From assembly GCA_965203445.1 (NCBI GenBank), contig OZ241883.1, forward strand, positions 1,184,001 to 1,248,000: a stretch of DNA of 64,000 nt, in the 5' to 3' direction. Below, piece after piece: positions 15,030 to 25,073 of this stretch. The position numbers were made by a program, and so were the translations under genes. Below the pieces are notes generated by a model, which did not search any database, was not told the origin of the DNA, and was given only the letters and a program-made list of their open reading frames with translations. Source of the DNA: Candidatus Oxydemutator sp. GTDB taxonomy: Bacteria > Pseudomonadota > Gammaproteobacteria > Poriferisulfidales > Oxydemutatoraceae. Positions within the stretch are counted from its first letter, which is position 1; the number at the start of each line of letters is the position of its first letter.

Positions 15030-18000
15030 ATGAGCACCAAATTTTTCACCAATGACGGCAAGGGCACCTTGCTTGGCAAGTTTGCCGCGGTCTTCGAGCA
15101 CAATCCCCAACTGGTCGCGTTCGACGCCTTGGCGGGGTATTTCCGCGCCACCGGTTATTTCCGCCTGCGCCCGCATCTGGAACGGATCGGGCAGGTCAGG
15201 ATTCTGGTCGGCATAGACGTCGACAAGTGGAGCAGTGCGGCCCATCAAACCGGCCTCGCGTTGCGCTTCGGCGCCGATCAGGAGCAGGTCGCGCAAGACT
15301 TCCGGCGCAAGCTCAAGAAAGAGATAGCCGACGCCCCCTACGACTCCGACCTGGAGGACGGCGTGCTCCGGTTTGTCGAGGACGTCTCGTCCGGCAAAGT
15401 CGTGATAAAAGCGCATCCCTCGCGCAGGCTGCACGCCAAGATCTACATCTTCCGCCCCGAAAACTTCAACGAGCACAGCGGCGGCGAGGTCATCACCGGC
15501 TCCTCCAACCTGACCGAGGCCGGCCTGGGCGCGTCCGACCGCGACGCCAATTACGAGTTCAACGTCTCGCTCCGGGATTACGACGACGTCAAGTTCGCCA
15601 CCGACGAGTTCGAGCGGCTGTGGCGGGAGGCCGTGGACATCCTGCCGGAGGCGGTCGTCGCCGCAAAAAACGAGACCCACCTGGGCGACGACTGCACCGC
15701 CAACGATTTATACCTGAAACTGCTGATCGAATACTTCGGCAAGGAAATCGAGTTCGACCCCGACCGCATCACCGACGTGCCGAGCAACCTCATGCGCCTG
15801 AATTATCAGATGGACGCGGTCGAACAGGGTTACGCCCTGCTCGACCGGCATCGCGGCTTCTTTCTCGCCGACGTGGTCGGCCTGGGCAAGACCGTCATCG
15901 CCATCATGATCGCGCGCAAGTATTTCTTCATGAACGGCTATCCGGAATATCGTTCCCATACGCTGGTCGTGTGCCCGCCGGCGGTGGAGGCGAACTGGCG
16001 CGATACCATTGACGACTTCCGGCTGGACAATCCCCACTTCATCACCACCGGCAGTCTGCACAAGATAGACGACCCCGACAAATACGATCTGATCATCGTC
16101 GACGAGGCGCACAAATTCAGAAACAACACTTCCGAGAGTTACGCCCAACTACAGCGCATCGCCAACACGCCGTGCCGCAACGGGAAACTCAAGCGCGTCA
16201 TCCTGGTTTCCGCCACGCCGCTCAACAACAGGCCCGACGACCTGAAAAATCAGATCCTGCTGTTTCAGGACGCCAACAACGGCACCCTGGACGTCAACCT
16301 CGCGCGCTTCTTCAGCGAGGCCGAACGCAGATACAGCCAGCTGATCCGCAAGACCGGCCAGGACGGCAAGGCCAACAAGGCCAAACTCCACGGACTGTTT
16401 GAACAGATCCGCCTGAAAATCATCGAGCCGCTGACCGTGCGCCGCACCCGCGGCGACCTGCTTGAGCATCCGCTCTATGCGGAGGATTTGCGCGAGCAGG
16501 GAGTAGTCTTTCCGACGATCAACAAGCCGCAGACGCTGCTGTATCCGCTGAGCCGGAAACTGAACGAACTGTATGAGCAGACCGTGGCCCGCATTCAGAA
16601 CAGAAACGGCGCCGGCCTGCAATACGCCCGCCACCGGCTGATAGAGTTTCTCAAACCGGAGCACAAAAAAGATTACCAGCGCGCCGATTTCATCGTCAAG
16701 CAATTGACCGCCATCATGAAAACCCTGCTGGTCAAGCGCCTGGACAGCAGTTTTCATGCGTTCCACCGCTCGCTGCGACGGGCGCTCGACGCTTCCGACA
16801 TGCTGCTGAAGATGTGGGCGGACGACCGCATCATCATCGCGTCCAGCGTGGATCTCCAGAAGTATATCGAGGAAGGCAAAGAGGAAGACGAAGGGGCCGA
16901 ACTGATGGCGCAGCTGGAACGGGAGCAGGCCACCAACCCCGGCCTCAAAATCCTCACCCGCGACGACTTCGAGCAAGGGTGGCACGGGCTGATGGAACGC
17001 GATCACGCAATCCTGCGGGAGATGGAGCAACAGTGGCGGCAGGCGAACACGCAACCGGATCCCAAGCTGGCGGAGTTGCTCAAGCAGTTGCCGGCCACCC
17101 TGCTGGCGCCGCGGCAAAACCCCGAACGCAAGCTGGTGATTTTCTCGGAAGCCGCCGACACCACCGATTACCTGGCCGCCAGGCTGCAGGAAAAGGACTA
17201 TCGCGTGCTGGCCGTAACCGCCCACAACCGCGGCCAGCAGAAGGATGCCATCGAGCAGAACTTCGACGCCAACCACGCGCCGGACGAACAGAAATCCGAC
17301 TACGACGTCATCATCGCCACCGAAGCGCTGGCCGAAGGCGTCAACCTGCACCGCGCCAACACCATCGTCAACTACGACACGCCGTGGAACGCCACCCGCC
17401 TGATGCAGCGCATCGGGCGCATCAACCGCATCGGCAGCCAGGCGGAACAGATATACATCTACAACTTCCTGCCCACCGAGCAGGTCGAGGGCGACATCAA
17501 CCTGCGCCACCGCGCCCAGGTGAAACTGCAAGCCTTCCACAGCATCCTGGGCGAGGACTCGCAGATCTACACCCCCGACGAGAAATACAAAAGCTTCGGC
17601 CTGTTCGACAAGAACGTCACCGAAGAGCGGGAAATCAGCGAACGCCTGGCCTGCCTGATGGAAATCCGCCGCTTCCGGGAACAGCACCCCGACGAGTTCA
17701 AGCGCATCAAAAACCTGCCGTTGAAAATACGCAACGCCGTTCCTGTCGCCGGTGCCGTTCCCGACGACGACGACGGCGACGATGGCGGCACCATTCCCGG
17801 TGACCACACCGTCGCGCCGCCAAACGCCACCCTGTGTTTTCTGCGCAACCCGGCCCACGACGCCTTCTATCAGGTGGAAGGTTATCGCGCGGACGACGAC
17901 GGCGGCGATGGCAATGGCGATGGCGGCGACGATGGCCGCGTGAAAGAACTGGGCTTTCTCGAGGCGGTGGCGATGATGAAAGCGCATAAAGACGCCGCGA

Positions 18001-18425
18001 CAAAACCGCTGCCGGCCTGGCACCATCCGCAAGTGAAGGCCGCGACCGGACACTTTGCCCGCCAGATTCAGGAAAAAGCGATTGCCGAACAACAGACGCC
18101 GCAACTGAACCTGCAACAACGCGAAGCCATCGAATATGTCAGAGTATTCTGCGACCACAAAGTGAGCGGCGACGAGGAAAAACAGCGTATGCGCCAAGCC
18201 ATGGAATGGATGAAAATCGGGCGCTCGCAGCCACTGCACCGGGACCTGCAAAAGCTGAAACGCAGCCAGAAAAAATCGCCGACGGTTCCGGCCCTCCAGC
18301 TGGAAGCCATCCTCAAAATCATAGACAAGCACGTGCCGCCCGGGACAGACCGCCCCGAGAAAACCGCACCGGCCACAAAGCCTGACCAGCCGCCGCGCAT
18401 CATCATCTCCCAGAGCTACCTGTAA
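15030..18425 (+). CDS. PLD (HKD) nuclease-SNF2 helicase, R-M associated
   Basis: Motifs LHAKIYIF...GSSNLT, ADVVGLGKT, DEAH, SAT, EGVNL and QRIGRINR. Start taken at MSTKFFTN; the ORF track starts at 14988. Confidence 0.9.
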   Translation: MSTKFFTNDGKGTLLGKFAAVFEHNPQLVAFDALAGYFRATGYFRLRPHLERIGQVRILVGIDVDKWSSAAHQTGLALRFGADQEQVAQDFRRKLKKEIADAPYDSDLEDGVLRFVEDVSSGKVVIKAHPSRRLHAKIYIFRPENFNEHSGGEVITGSSNLTEAGLGASDRDANYEFNVSLRDYDDVKFATDEFERLWREAVDILPEAVVAAKNETHLGDDCTANDLYLKLLIEYFGKEIEFDPDRITDVPSNLMRLNYQMDAVEQGYALLDRHRGFFLADVVGLGKTVIAIMIARKYFFMNGYPEYRSHTLVVCPPAVEANWRDTIDDFRLDNPHFITTGSLHKIDDPDKYDLIIVDEAHKFRNNTSESYAQLQRIANTPCRNGKLKRVILVSATPLNNRPDDLKNQILLFQDANNGTLDVNLARFFSEAERRYSQLIRKTGQDGKANKAKLHGLFEQIRLKIIEPLTVRRTRGDLLEHPLYAEDLREQGVVFPTINKPQTLLYPLSRKLNELYEQTVARIQNRNGAGLQYARHRLIEFLKPEHKKDYQRADFIVKQLTAIMKTLLVKRLDSSFHAFHRSLRRALDASDMLLKMWADDRIIIASSVDLQKYIEEGKEEDEGAELMAQLEREQATNPGLKILTRDDFEQGWHGLMERDHAILREMEQQWRQANTQPDPKLAELLKQLPATLLAPRQNPERKLVIFSEAADTTDYLAARLQEKDYRVLAVTAHNRGQQKDAIEQNFDANHAPDEQKSDYDVIIATEALAEGVNLHRANTIVNYDTPWNATRLMQRIGRINRIGSQAEQIYIYNFLPTEQVEGDINLRHRAQVKLQAFHSILGEDSQIYTPDEKYKSFGLFDKNVTEEREISERLACLMEIRRFREQHPDEFKRIKNLPLKIRNAVPVAGAVPDDDDGDDGGTIPGDHTVAPPNATLCFLRNPAHDAFYQVEGYRADDDGGDGNGDGGDDGRVKELGFLEAVAMMKAHKDAATKPLPAWHHPQVKAATGHFARQIQEKAIAEQQTPQLNLQQREAIEYVRVFCDHKVSGDEEKQRMRQAMEWMKIGRSQPLHRDLQKLKRSQKKSPTVPALQLEAILKIIDKHVPPGTDRPEKTAPATKPDQPPRIIISQSYL

Positions 18426-21400
18426 TGGCCGACAAACAAGCACTGCAAGCGCTATTCGCCGCCGCCTACGACCGCGACCGCTGGCTTAAGCAACTGCATG
18501 ATATTTTTGCCGGGCGCCTGGAGGAGTTTGCGGCACCGCACGCTTTGCCGGCGAAAGAAGGCGAGGATGCGCCCCCGCGCCACTATCTCGGCAACCTCAC
18601 CACCGCGGACGGCAAAAAACTCGGCATCTTCGAGATACCGGTGGGCACCAATATCCGCCTTGCCCGCAACCGCGTGCAACTGCGCAACCTCGTGGCGCGC
18701 CAAGTGCAGGAACATACCCTGAACGGCGCCCTGGCCGTCTATCCCGACGCCGACAACCGCTGGCGCTTCAGCTACATCGCCGTTACCGGAAAACTGGATG
18801 AGAAGGGCGCCATCACAAAAGAAGAAACCGCCCACAAACGCTACACCTACCTGTTGGGCGAAGGCATGCAGACCCGTACTGCGGTCGACCGCTTTGTCGC
18901 CTTGCCGACACCCCCCATCCTCGAACAACTCGACTATGCCTTTGCGACGGAACCGCTCAACAAAGTGTTCTACCAGGAGCTTTACCATTGGTACGAACGC
19001 GCCAAACTTCATGTGGTGTTCCCCAACGATGAACGGGAAGAGGAAGACACGCACGTCTCCACAAGCCTGATTCGCCTGCTGACCCGATTACTCTTTATCT
19101 GGTTTATGAAGGAAAAGGAACTGATCAATCAGGATTTCTTTGTCCTCGATAAGGTCAGACACATGATTGATTGGAACAGGGAGAGCAGCTACTACAAAGC
19201 CATCCTGCAAAACCTGTTTTTTGCCACTTTGAACCGCGAGATCCCAAAGCGCCGGTTCCGCACCACCAACGCCAAGGGCAAGCCGACCGGCAACAACTAC
19301 CTGGTGACCAATGTCTATCGCTATGAGCGCTATTTCAAAGGCATGAAAAAAGCGGAAATTATCAAGCTGTTCGCCCAAACCCCGTTCCTGAACGGCGGCC
19401 TGTTCGAGTGCCTGGACAGAGACGCCGATGAAGAGAAACAACGGGTTTATGAGAAAGACAGAACTATTCGCAAAGAGAGAAAAGAGAAACGAGCAATCCG
19501 CATGGACGGCTTTTCCGACCATGACAAAAACCGGCTGCGTGTGCCCAACGACCTGTTTTTCAACGACGACGAAGAACAACCCGGCCTCATCAACCTGCTT
19601 TCCCGATACCAGTTCACCGTGGAAGAAAGCATGCCGTTGGATGCAGACGTGGCGTTGGACCCCGAACTCCTGGGGTTGGTGTTTGAAAATCTGCTGGCAT
19701 CCTACAACCCCGAAACCGAGCAAACCGCCCGCAAAGCCTCCGGCTCCTACTACACCCCGCGCGAGATCGTCTCCTACATGGTGGACGAAAGCCTGAAAGC
19801 ATATTTTGCGCAAGCAACCGACGTGGCCGACACAAAGATCAACCGCTTGTTCCTGCCCCCGCAGGCAGGCAAGGATTCGACTACCGGCGCGGCAAGCGAA
19901 CTCACCGAGAATGAGACGACGGCCCTCATCCAGGCGATAGATACCATCAAGATCATTGATCCTGCGGTCGGCAGCGGCGCCTTTCCGATGGGGATATTAC
20001 AGCGATTGGTGCAGATACTCGGCATTGTTGATCCCGAAAACAAACGCTGGAAAAAACGGCAAACGGACATTATTGACAAACTGCCGGACACCGAGAGCCG
20101 CGAGCAGGCACGCAAGGAAGTGGAAACTATTTTCAGCGAAAAGAATCGTTTTAACGATTTCGGACGCAAGCTGTATCTGATCGAAAAGTGCATCCACGGC
20201 GTGGACATCCAGCCCATCGCCTGCCAGATTGCCAAGCTGCGCTTCTTCATCTCGCTGACCATCGAGCAGAAGCCGACCGATGACCCTCACGACAACCGCG
20301 GCATCAAACCACTCCCCAACCTCGAAACCAGGTTTGTCGCCGCCGATACGCTGCTGGGACTTGACAGACCGGCCCAACGCACATTGGGACAAACCGACGC
20401 CGTCAACCGGTTGGAACGGGAGCTGAACGCCAATCGGGAGCGACATTTTCGCATCACCACACGCAAATCAAAGATGGCGTGCTGGAAAAAGGACAAGGAA
20501 CTGCGAAACCAACTGGCCACCGAGCTGAAACAGGCCGGCTTCCCCGCCACCAACGCCGACAAAATTGCCCGCTGGGATCCCTACGACCAGAATGCCTCAG
20601 CAGCTTGGTTCGACCCTGCATGGATGTTCGGCGTCAAGGGTGGCTTTGATGTAGTTATCGGCAATCCACCCTATGTCGAGTCAAGAAATAGTTTGCTGCC
20701 AAATGAACTAAAGAATTCTTACGGAAAGCAGGTACTAAGTGACTGGAAAGAAACCTTACCTCGTGGAAGTGATTTGCTTATCTACTTTTACGCTCGCTCC
20801 TCGAAACTACTAAAGCGTGATTCAAGTTACGGCTGTTTTATCACTCAAAACGCTTGGCTAAGCACCGACTATGGGAAAAAATTTCAAAAGTTTTCAATCG
20901 GAAAACTCTCTTTCCAGAAGATCGTTGACACCTCCTCCAAATTCTTTCTCGATACCAAAAGCCAAAACATCAATGCAGTTATCACATTTTTTACTACGAA
21001 ACCATTGCAAACCATAGAATATGGGGTTGCTGATAGCAATATGACTGTTGCCTCAATGAAGAATATTAAAGCGAAGCAAACAATGAAATGGGGACACCTT
21101 TTTTCTATGCCACAATTCTTCGCGGATATATTGTCGAAAATGTCTGCTAACGCTGGTACGAGCAATACGATCAAGTTTGGACAAGGATTAAACTTCCCTC
21201 TGCAAGAATTAAACAAAGTGGGAGCCAAAATACCTATTATTGTCAAAACCTCGTGGTTCGTTGCCAAATCTGCCGACGGGCTGATACTTCAGGCTAACAG
21301 GAAAAAAGAAAAAATACCGGCACTGATTCTACCGCGTGGAGTGGGAAACCGGCACTATTGCACCTTTAATTTGTGCAGGGCATTTTCATACAGCCATGTA

Positions 21401-21787
21401 GAATTATATCTACCTGATGACTTACGAAATTCGGCAAAGCACTATTGCCTATGGCTCTATCTCAACTCTTCCTTTGTTTGGTTGTATAGAGAAATCACAG
21501 GTAGAAAGAATCTTGGGGGAGGCTTGTTGAAGGCCGAGGCAACGGATATGAAAGCATTGCCTGTTGATTTTGACTTTGATTTTGGCAAGGACGCAAAAAA
21601 GGTGTTTAATAGTATCCGAGATAGAACACCAATGCCCGTTTTGGAGGAAATTCATACGAAGGATCATATTCTCATAGACGAAATAGTGGCTAACTATTTT
21701 GGTTTTACAGATATGCAAGGAACCATTAGAGAAACTCTATCTGAACAGGTTAATTTTCGTCTGAACAGAGTGCGCCCCCAACACTGA
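18425..21787 (+). CDS. Type IIG (Eco57I-like) restriction-modification enzyme / N6-MTase with C-terminal TRD
   Basis: Motifs PFLNGGLF, GSYYTPREIV, DPAVGSGAF and VIGNPPY. The start overlaps the helicase stop. The TRD region is AT-rich after about 20680. Confidence 0.9.
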   Translation: MADKQALQALFAAAYDRDRWLKQLHDIFAGRLEEFAAPHALPAKEGEDAPPRHYLGNLTTADGKKLGIFEIPVGTNIRLARNRVQLRNLVARQVQEHTLNGALAVYPDADNRWRFSYIAVTGKLDEKGAITKEETAHKRYTYLLGEGMQTRTAVDRFVALPTPPILEQLDYAFATEPLNKVFYQELYHWYERAKLHVVFPNDEREEEDTHVSTSLIRLLTRLLFIWFMKEKELINQDFFVLDKVRHMIDWNRESSYYKAILQNLFFATLNREIPKRRFRTTNAKGKPTGNNYLVTNVYRYERYFKGMKKAEIIKLFAQTPFLNGGLFECLDRDADEEKQRVYEKDRTIRKERKEKRAIRMDGFSDHDKNRLRVPNDLFFNDDEEQPGLINLLSRYQFTVEESMPLDADVALDPELLGLVFENLLASYNPETEQTARKASGSYYTPREIVSYMVDESLKAYFAQATDVADTKINRLFLPPQAGKDSTTGAASELTENETTALIQAIDTIKIIDPAVGSGAFPMGILQRLVQILGIVDPENKRWKKRQTDIIDKLPDTESREQARKEVETIFSEKNRFNDFGRKLYLIEKCIHGVDIQPIACQIAKLRFFISLTIEQKPTDDPHDNRGIKPLPNLETRFVAADTLLGLDRPAQRTLGQTDAVNRLERELNANRERHFRITTRKSKMACWKKDKELRNQLATELKQAGFPATNADKIARWDPYDQNASAAWFDPAWMFGVKGGFDVVIGNPPYVESRNSLLPNELKNSYGKQVLSDWKETLPRGSDLLIYFYARSSKLLKRDSSYGCFITQNAWLSTDYGKKFQKFSIGKLSFQKIVDTSSKFFLDTKSQNINAVITFFTTKPLQTIEYGVADSNMTVASMKNIKAKQTMKWGHLFSMPQFFADILSKMSANAGTSNTIKFGQGLNFPLQELNKVGAKIPIIVKTSWFVAKSADGLILQANRKKEKIPALILPRGVGNRHYCTFNLCRAFSYSHVELYLPDDLRNSAKHYCLWLYLNSSFVWLYREITGRKNLGGGLLKAEATDMKALPVDFDFDFGKDAKKVFNSIRDRTPMPVLEEIHTKDHILIDEIVANYFGFTDMQGTIRETLSEQVNFRLNRVRPQH

Positions 21788-21931
21788 GTGCAAATCACTT
21801 GGGTGGCCAAGCCCATTAAGTCCACCAACACCACCGACACCAGCGCCCAAGAAACCAAAATCAACCACCTCGTATATAATCTCTACAACCTGACCCCAAA
21901 AGAAATCGCCGCATTGGAGCAGAAAAAATGA
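21788..21931 (+). repeat. Type IIG C-terminal tail remnant, leader type A copy 1
   Basis: In frame with the IIG gene after its TGA: ...DTSAQETKINHLVYNLYNLTPKEIAALEQKK*. The stop overlaps the next ATG. Confidence 0.8.
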
Positions 21932-23295
21932 ACAAACCAGCCAAGGTATTCATCACCTATTCACATCGCAATAAAGACGCGAGGGAAAAACTGAGCGAGC
22001 GCCTTGCGGTGATGGAGAAAAATGGGGAGATAGAAATCTGGCACGATAACGAAATACTCCCGGGCGACAGGTGGCGAGAAGAGATCTCCAAGAATCTTGC
22101 CGGTTCAGATATTCTGCTTCATCTTACTTCCGCGGCCAGCCTTGCCTCCGAAAACTGCAACAGAGAACTGACCGAAGCACTGCGAAGTGAGGAAAGGATA
22201 CGTAGGATTCCCATCATCCTCGAAGCTTGCGACTGGAAGCACGAACATGATCTCAGTCAGATTGAGGCACTTCCCGACAAAGGCAAACCTATCAACGAGT
22301 GGAAACCTAAGAGCAAAGGTTGGCAAAGTGTAGTCGACGGCCTACGCAAAGCTATCCAGAAAACCCGCCAGCTCATGCAGGAAGAGCAAAGTGAAGCACA
22401 GGCTTATTTGATGCTGCAAAATGGCAATTTTTTTGCGATATTAGGGCAACTGGAAGACGCAATAAACACTTATTCACAAGCCATTAAGATCAAATCAGAT
22501 TTTGCCGATGCCTATTGCAATCGCGGCATTGTTCATGCCAAGAAAGGCGACCATGACCAAGCCATCCGAGACTACAACCAAGCCATTGAACTAAACCCCG
22601 ATTTTGCCGAGGCCTATTACAATCGCGGCATTTCCTGCGAGAAGCAGGATAACCATAACCAAGCCATCCAGGATTACAGTAAAGCCATCGAACTAAAGCC
22701 CAGTTATACCGAGGCCTATAACAATCGCGGCGTTGCCTACGAGAAGCAAGGCAACCTTAACCAAGCCATCCAGGATTACAGTAAGGCCATTGAACTAAAT
22801 CCCAATTTTGCCAACTATTATTTCAATCGCGGCCTTGCCTACGAGAAGCAAGGCAACCTTAACCAAGCCATCCAGGATTGCAGTAAAGCCATTGAACTAA
22901 ATCCCGATTATGCCGAAGCCTATAACAATCGCGGCCTTGTCTACGAGAAGCAAGGCAACTTTAACCAAGCCATCCAGGATTACAGTAAGGCCATTGAACT
23001 AAATCCCAATTATGCCGATGCCTATTGCAATCGTGGCACTACTTACTTTGAACAGGGTGATTTTGACCAAGCCATCCGAGACTACAACCAAGCCATTGCG
23101 CTCCAGCCAGATTTTGCCGAGGCCTATTGCAACCGAGGTATAGTTTGGTTGTGCAAGCAAGCATGGAATGAAGCCAAGTCAGATTTGGAGACCGCCAAGG
23201 AAAAGGGCATGAACATTGCCAAGCGAATGTCTGACTTTGTAGAGAAATACCAGAGCCAACTACCGGAGGACATCATAGATATACTGACCGAATAA
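21928..23295 (+). CDS. TIR domain-TPR repeat protein (about 8 TPRs)
   Basis: VFITYSH, WHD.EILPG and SENCNRE (TIR Glu), followed by 34-aa AYxNRG repeats. Confidence 0.92.
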   Translation: MNKPAKVFITYSHRNKDAREKLSERLAVMEKNGEIEIWHDNEILPGDRWREEISKNLAGSDILLHLTSAASLASENCNRELTEALRSEERIRRIPIILEACDWKHEHDLSQIEALPDKGKPINEWKPKSKGWQSVVDGLRKAIQKTRQLMQEEQSEAQAYLMLQNGNFFAILGQLEDAINTYSQAIKIKSDFADAYCNRGIVHAKKGDHDQAIRDYNQAIELNPDFAEAYYNRGISCEKQDNHNQAIQDYSKAIELKPSYTEAYNNRGVAYEKQGNLNQAIQDYSKAIELNPNFANYYFNRGLAYEKQGNLNQAIQDCSKAIELNPDYAEAYNNRGLVYEKQGNFNQAIQDYSKAIELNPNYADAYCNRGTTYFEQGDFDQAIRDYNQAIALQPDFAEAYCNRGIVWLCKQAWNEAKSDLETAKEKGMNIAKRMSDFVEKYQSQLPEDIIDILTE

Positions 23296-23318
23296 GGCTT
23301 CTCCTTTCATTGCCCCCT

Positions 23319-23544
23319 CCCTCACCCGGCCTGCGGCCACCCTCTCCCAGAGGGAGAGGGTTTGGTTGACAGGAGTATCCCCACATAGGCCACCTTCATC
23401 CGCTTGGTGGACGCTATAATAGCCGCCAAATCCACCAATCCAACCGCCGACACCAGCCCCCAAGAAACCAAAATCAACCACCTCGCATATCAACTCTACA
23501 ACCCGACCCCGAAAGAAATCGCCGCTGTGGAAGACAAAACATGA
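23319..23544 (+). repeat. REP-like palindrome plus IIG-tail leader type A copy 2
   Basis: ccctcacccggcctgcggccaccctctcccagagggagaggg, then FIRLVDAIIAAKSTNPTADTSPQETKINHLAYQLYNPTPKEIAAVEDKT* with an ATGA overlap. Confidence 0.85.
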
Positions 23545-24875
23545 ATAATCAGACCGACAAAAACCAATTAGAAACAGTGCTGGAAATCATCAACCGCCTC
23601 GCCAAAGAATCGGTTAGCGGTGACTACATTTATCGTGGCGAACCCAAATGCTACGAGAAAGTATCATCCCGCCTCTACAGAGAAGAATGTAAGGATATAA
23701 AGGTTGATGGCTTTGACATTGAGGTTGTACAACAGGAAATACTAAAAGACGCTAAGCAATACACCACGCTGACAGATAAACTCGAAATTCTATCCGAACT
23801 CCAGCACTATGGCGGTAATACCAACCTGATAGACTTCACCACTGATTACCTGATCGCCCTTTTCTTTGCCTGTAACAGTTTGCTTGGCAAAGATGGTAAA
23901 GATGGCAGGGTGATCTTGCTGGAAAATACAGGCGAGTCTATTAACCAACCTCGAAATCCGCTCAATCGCATCATTGCCCAGAAGAGTAGATTCATCCGCC
24001 CGAAGCAAGGCTTCATTGAACCGAAAAAATATAAGGTCATTAAGATTTCAAAAGAGCTCAAGCCGCACATCTTGACGCACCTGCGAAAATCTCACGGCAT
24101 CTCCACGGAAACCATCTATAACGACCTACATGGATTCATAAGAAACCGAAGCATCCACCAAAGTGCCTACATAGAGTTCTATCGGGCATTTACCTATCAA
24201 GACAAAGGCGATAATGATGAGGCGATTAAACACTATACCGAAGCCATTAGACTCAATCCGAATTTAGTTGAGGCCTATAACAATCGCGGCCTTGCTTACT
24301 ATAGGAAAGATGACTACGACCAAGCCATCCAGGATTACAGTAAAGCCATTGACCTAAATCCTAATTATGCCAAAGCCCATTACAGTCGCGGCATTGTTTA
24401 CTATAGAAAAGGCGAACTTGATGAAGCCTTCCAAGACTTCACCCGAGCTATTGAACTACAGCCAGATTTTACCGATGCTTATTACAACCGCGGCGTTGCT
24501 TACTCTAGCAAAGGTGAATTTGATGAAGCTATCAGAGACTACAACCAAGCTATTGCGCTCAATCCAGATCATGCCGAAGCCTATAACAACCGTGGTGCTG
24601 CTTACGATAAGAAAGGTAATTTTGATAAAGCTGCCGAAGACTACAACCAAGCCATTACGCTCCAGCCAGACAATGCTGTTGCCTATTTCAACCAAGGTAC
24701 AGTCTGGTTGCGCAAGCAGGCATGGGATGCAGCCAAGTCAGATTTGAAGGCCGCCAAGGAAAAGGGCGCAGACATTGCCGAGCTATTTTCCAATGACTAT
24801 GGCAGCGTTTCAGCCTTTGAAGAGAGATACCATATTCAACTACCAGCGGACATCAGAGATATGCTGACCGCATAA
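23541..24875 (+). CDS. FRG domain-TPR repeat protein (about 6 TPRs)
   Basis: IYRGE, LQHYGGNTNLIDFT, ALFFAC and RIIAQKS, followed by TPRs and the same C-cap as the TIR-TPR genes. Confidence 0.9.
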   Translation: MNNQTDKNQLETVLEIINRLAKESVSGDYIYRGEPKCYEKVSSRLYREECKDIKVDGFDIEVVQQEILKDAKQYTTLTDKLEILSELQHYGGNTNLIDFTTDYLIALFFACNSLLGKDGKDGRVILLENTGESINQPRNPLNRIIAQKSRFIRPKQGFIEPKKYKVIKISKELKPHILTHLRKSHGISTETIYNDLHGFIRNRSIHQSAYIEFYRAFTYQDKGDNDEAIKHYTEAIRLNPNLVEAYNNRGLAYYRKDDYDQAIQDYSKAIDLNPNYAKAHYSRGIVYYRKGELDEAFQDFTRAIELQPDFTDAYYNRGVAYSSKGEFDEAIRDYNQAIALNPDHAEAYNNRGAAYDKKGNFDKAAEDYNQAITLQPDNAVAYFNQGTVWLRKQAWDAAKSDLKAAKEKGADIAELFSNDYGSVSAFEERYHIQLPADIRDMLTA

Positions 24876-24892
24876 GGATTTCCATTTCATTA

Positions 24893-25073
24893 CCCCTCCC
24901 CCGGCCTTCGGCCACCCTCTCCCAGAGGGGGAGGGTTTGGCTGATAGGAATATCCGCTGTGAAGGATAGCCACAATCAGGGAGGATAGGCTACTATAATC
25001 AAACAAAACTTGACTACCTAATCTACCGAAGCACAATCTCAGCCAAGCCGAAATCGCCACTTATGGAGAAAAA
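24893..25073 (+). repeat. REP-like palindrome plus leader type B
   Basis: Palindrome at 24893-24935, then aatcagggaggataggctactataatcaaac...gccgaaatcgccacttatggagaaaaa. Confidence 0.8.

Noticed and set aside
17760-17940. Asp/Gly-rich GACGGC microrepeats in the helicase
   Set aside because: In-frame low-complexity linkers, with no sign of phase variation.
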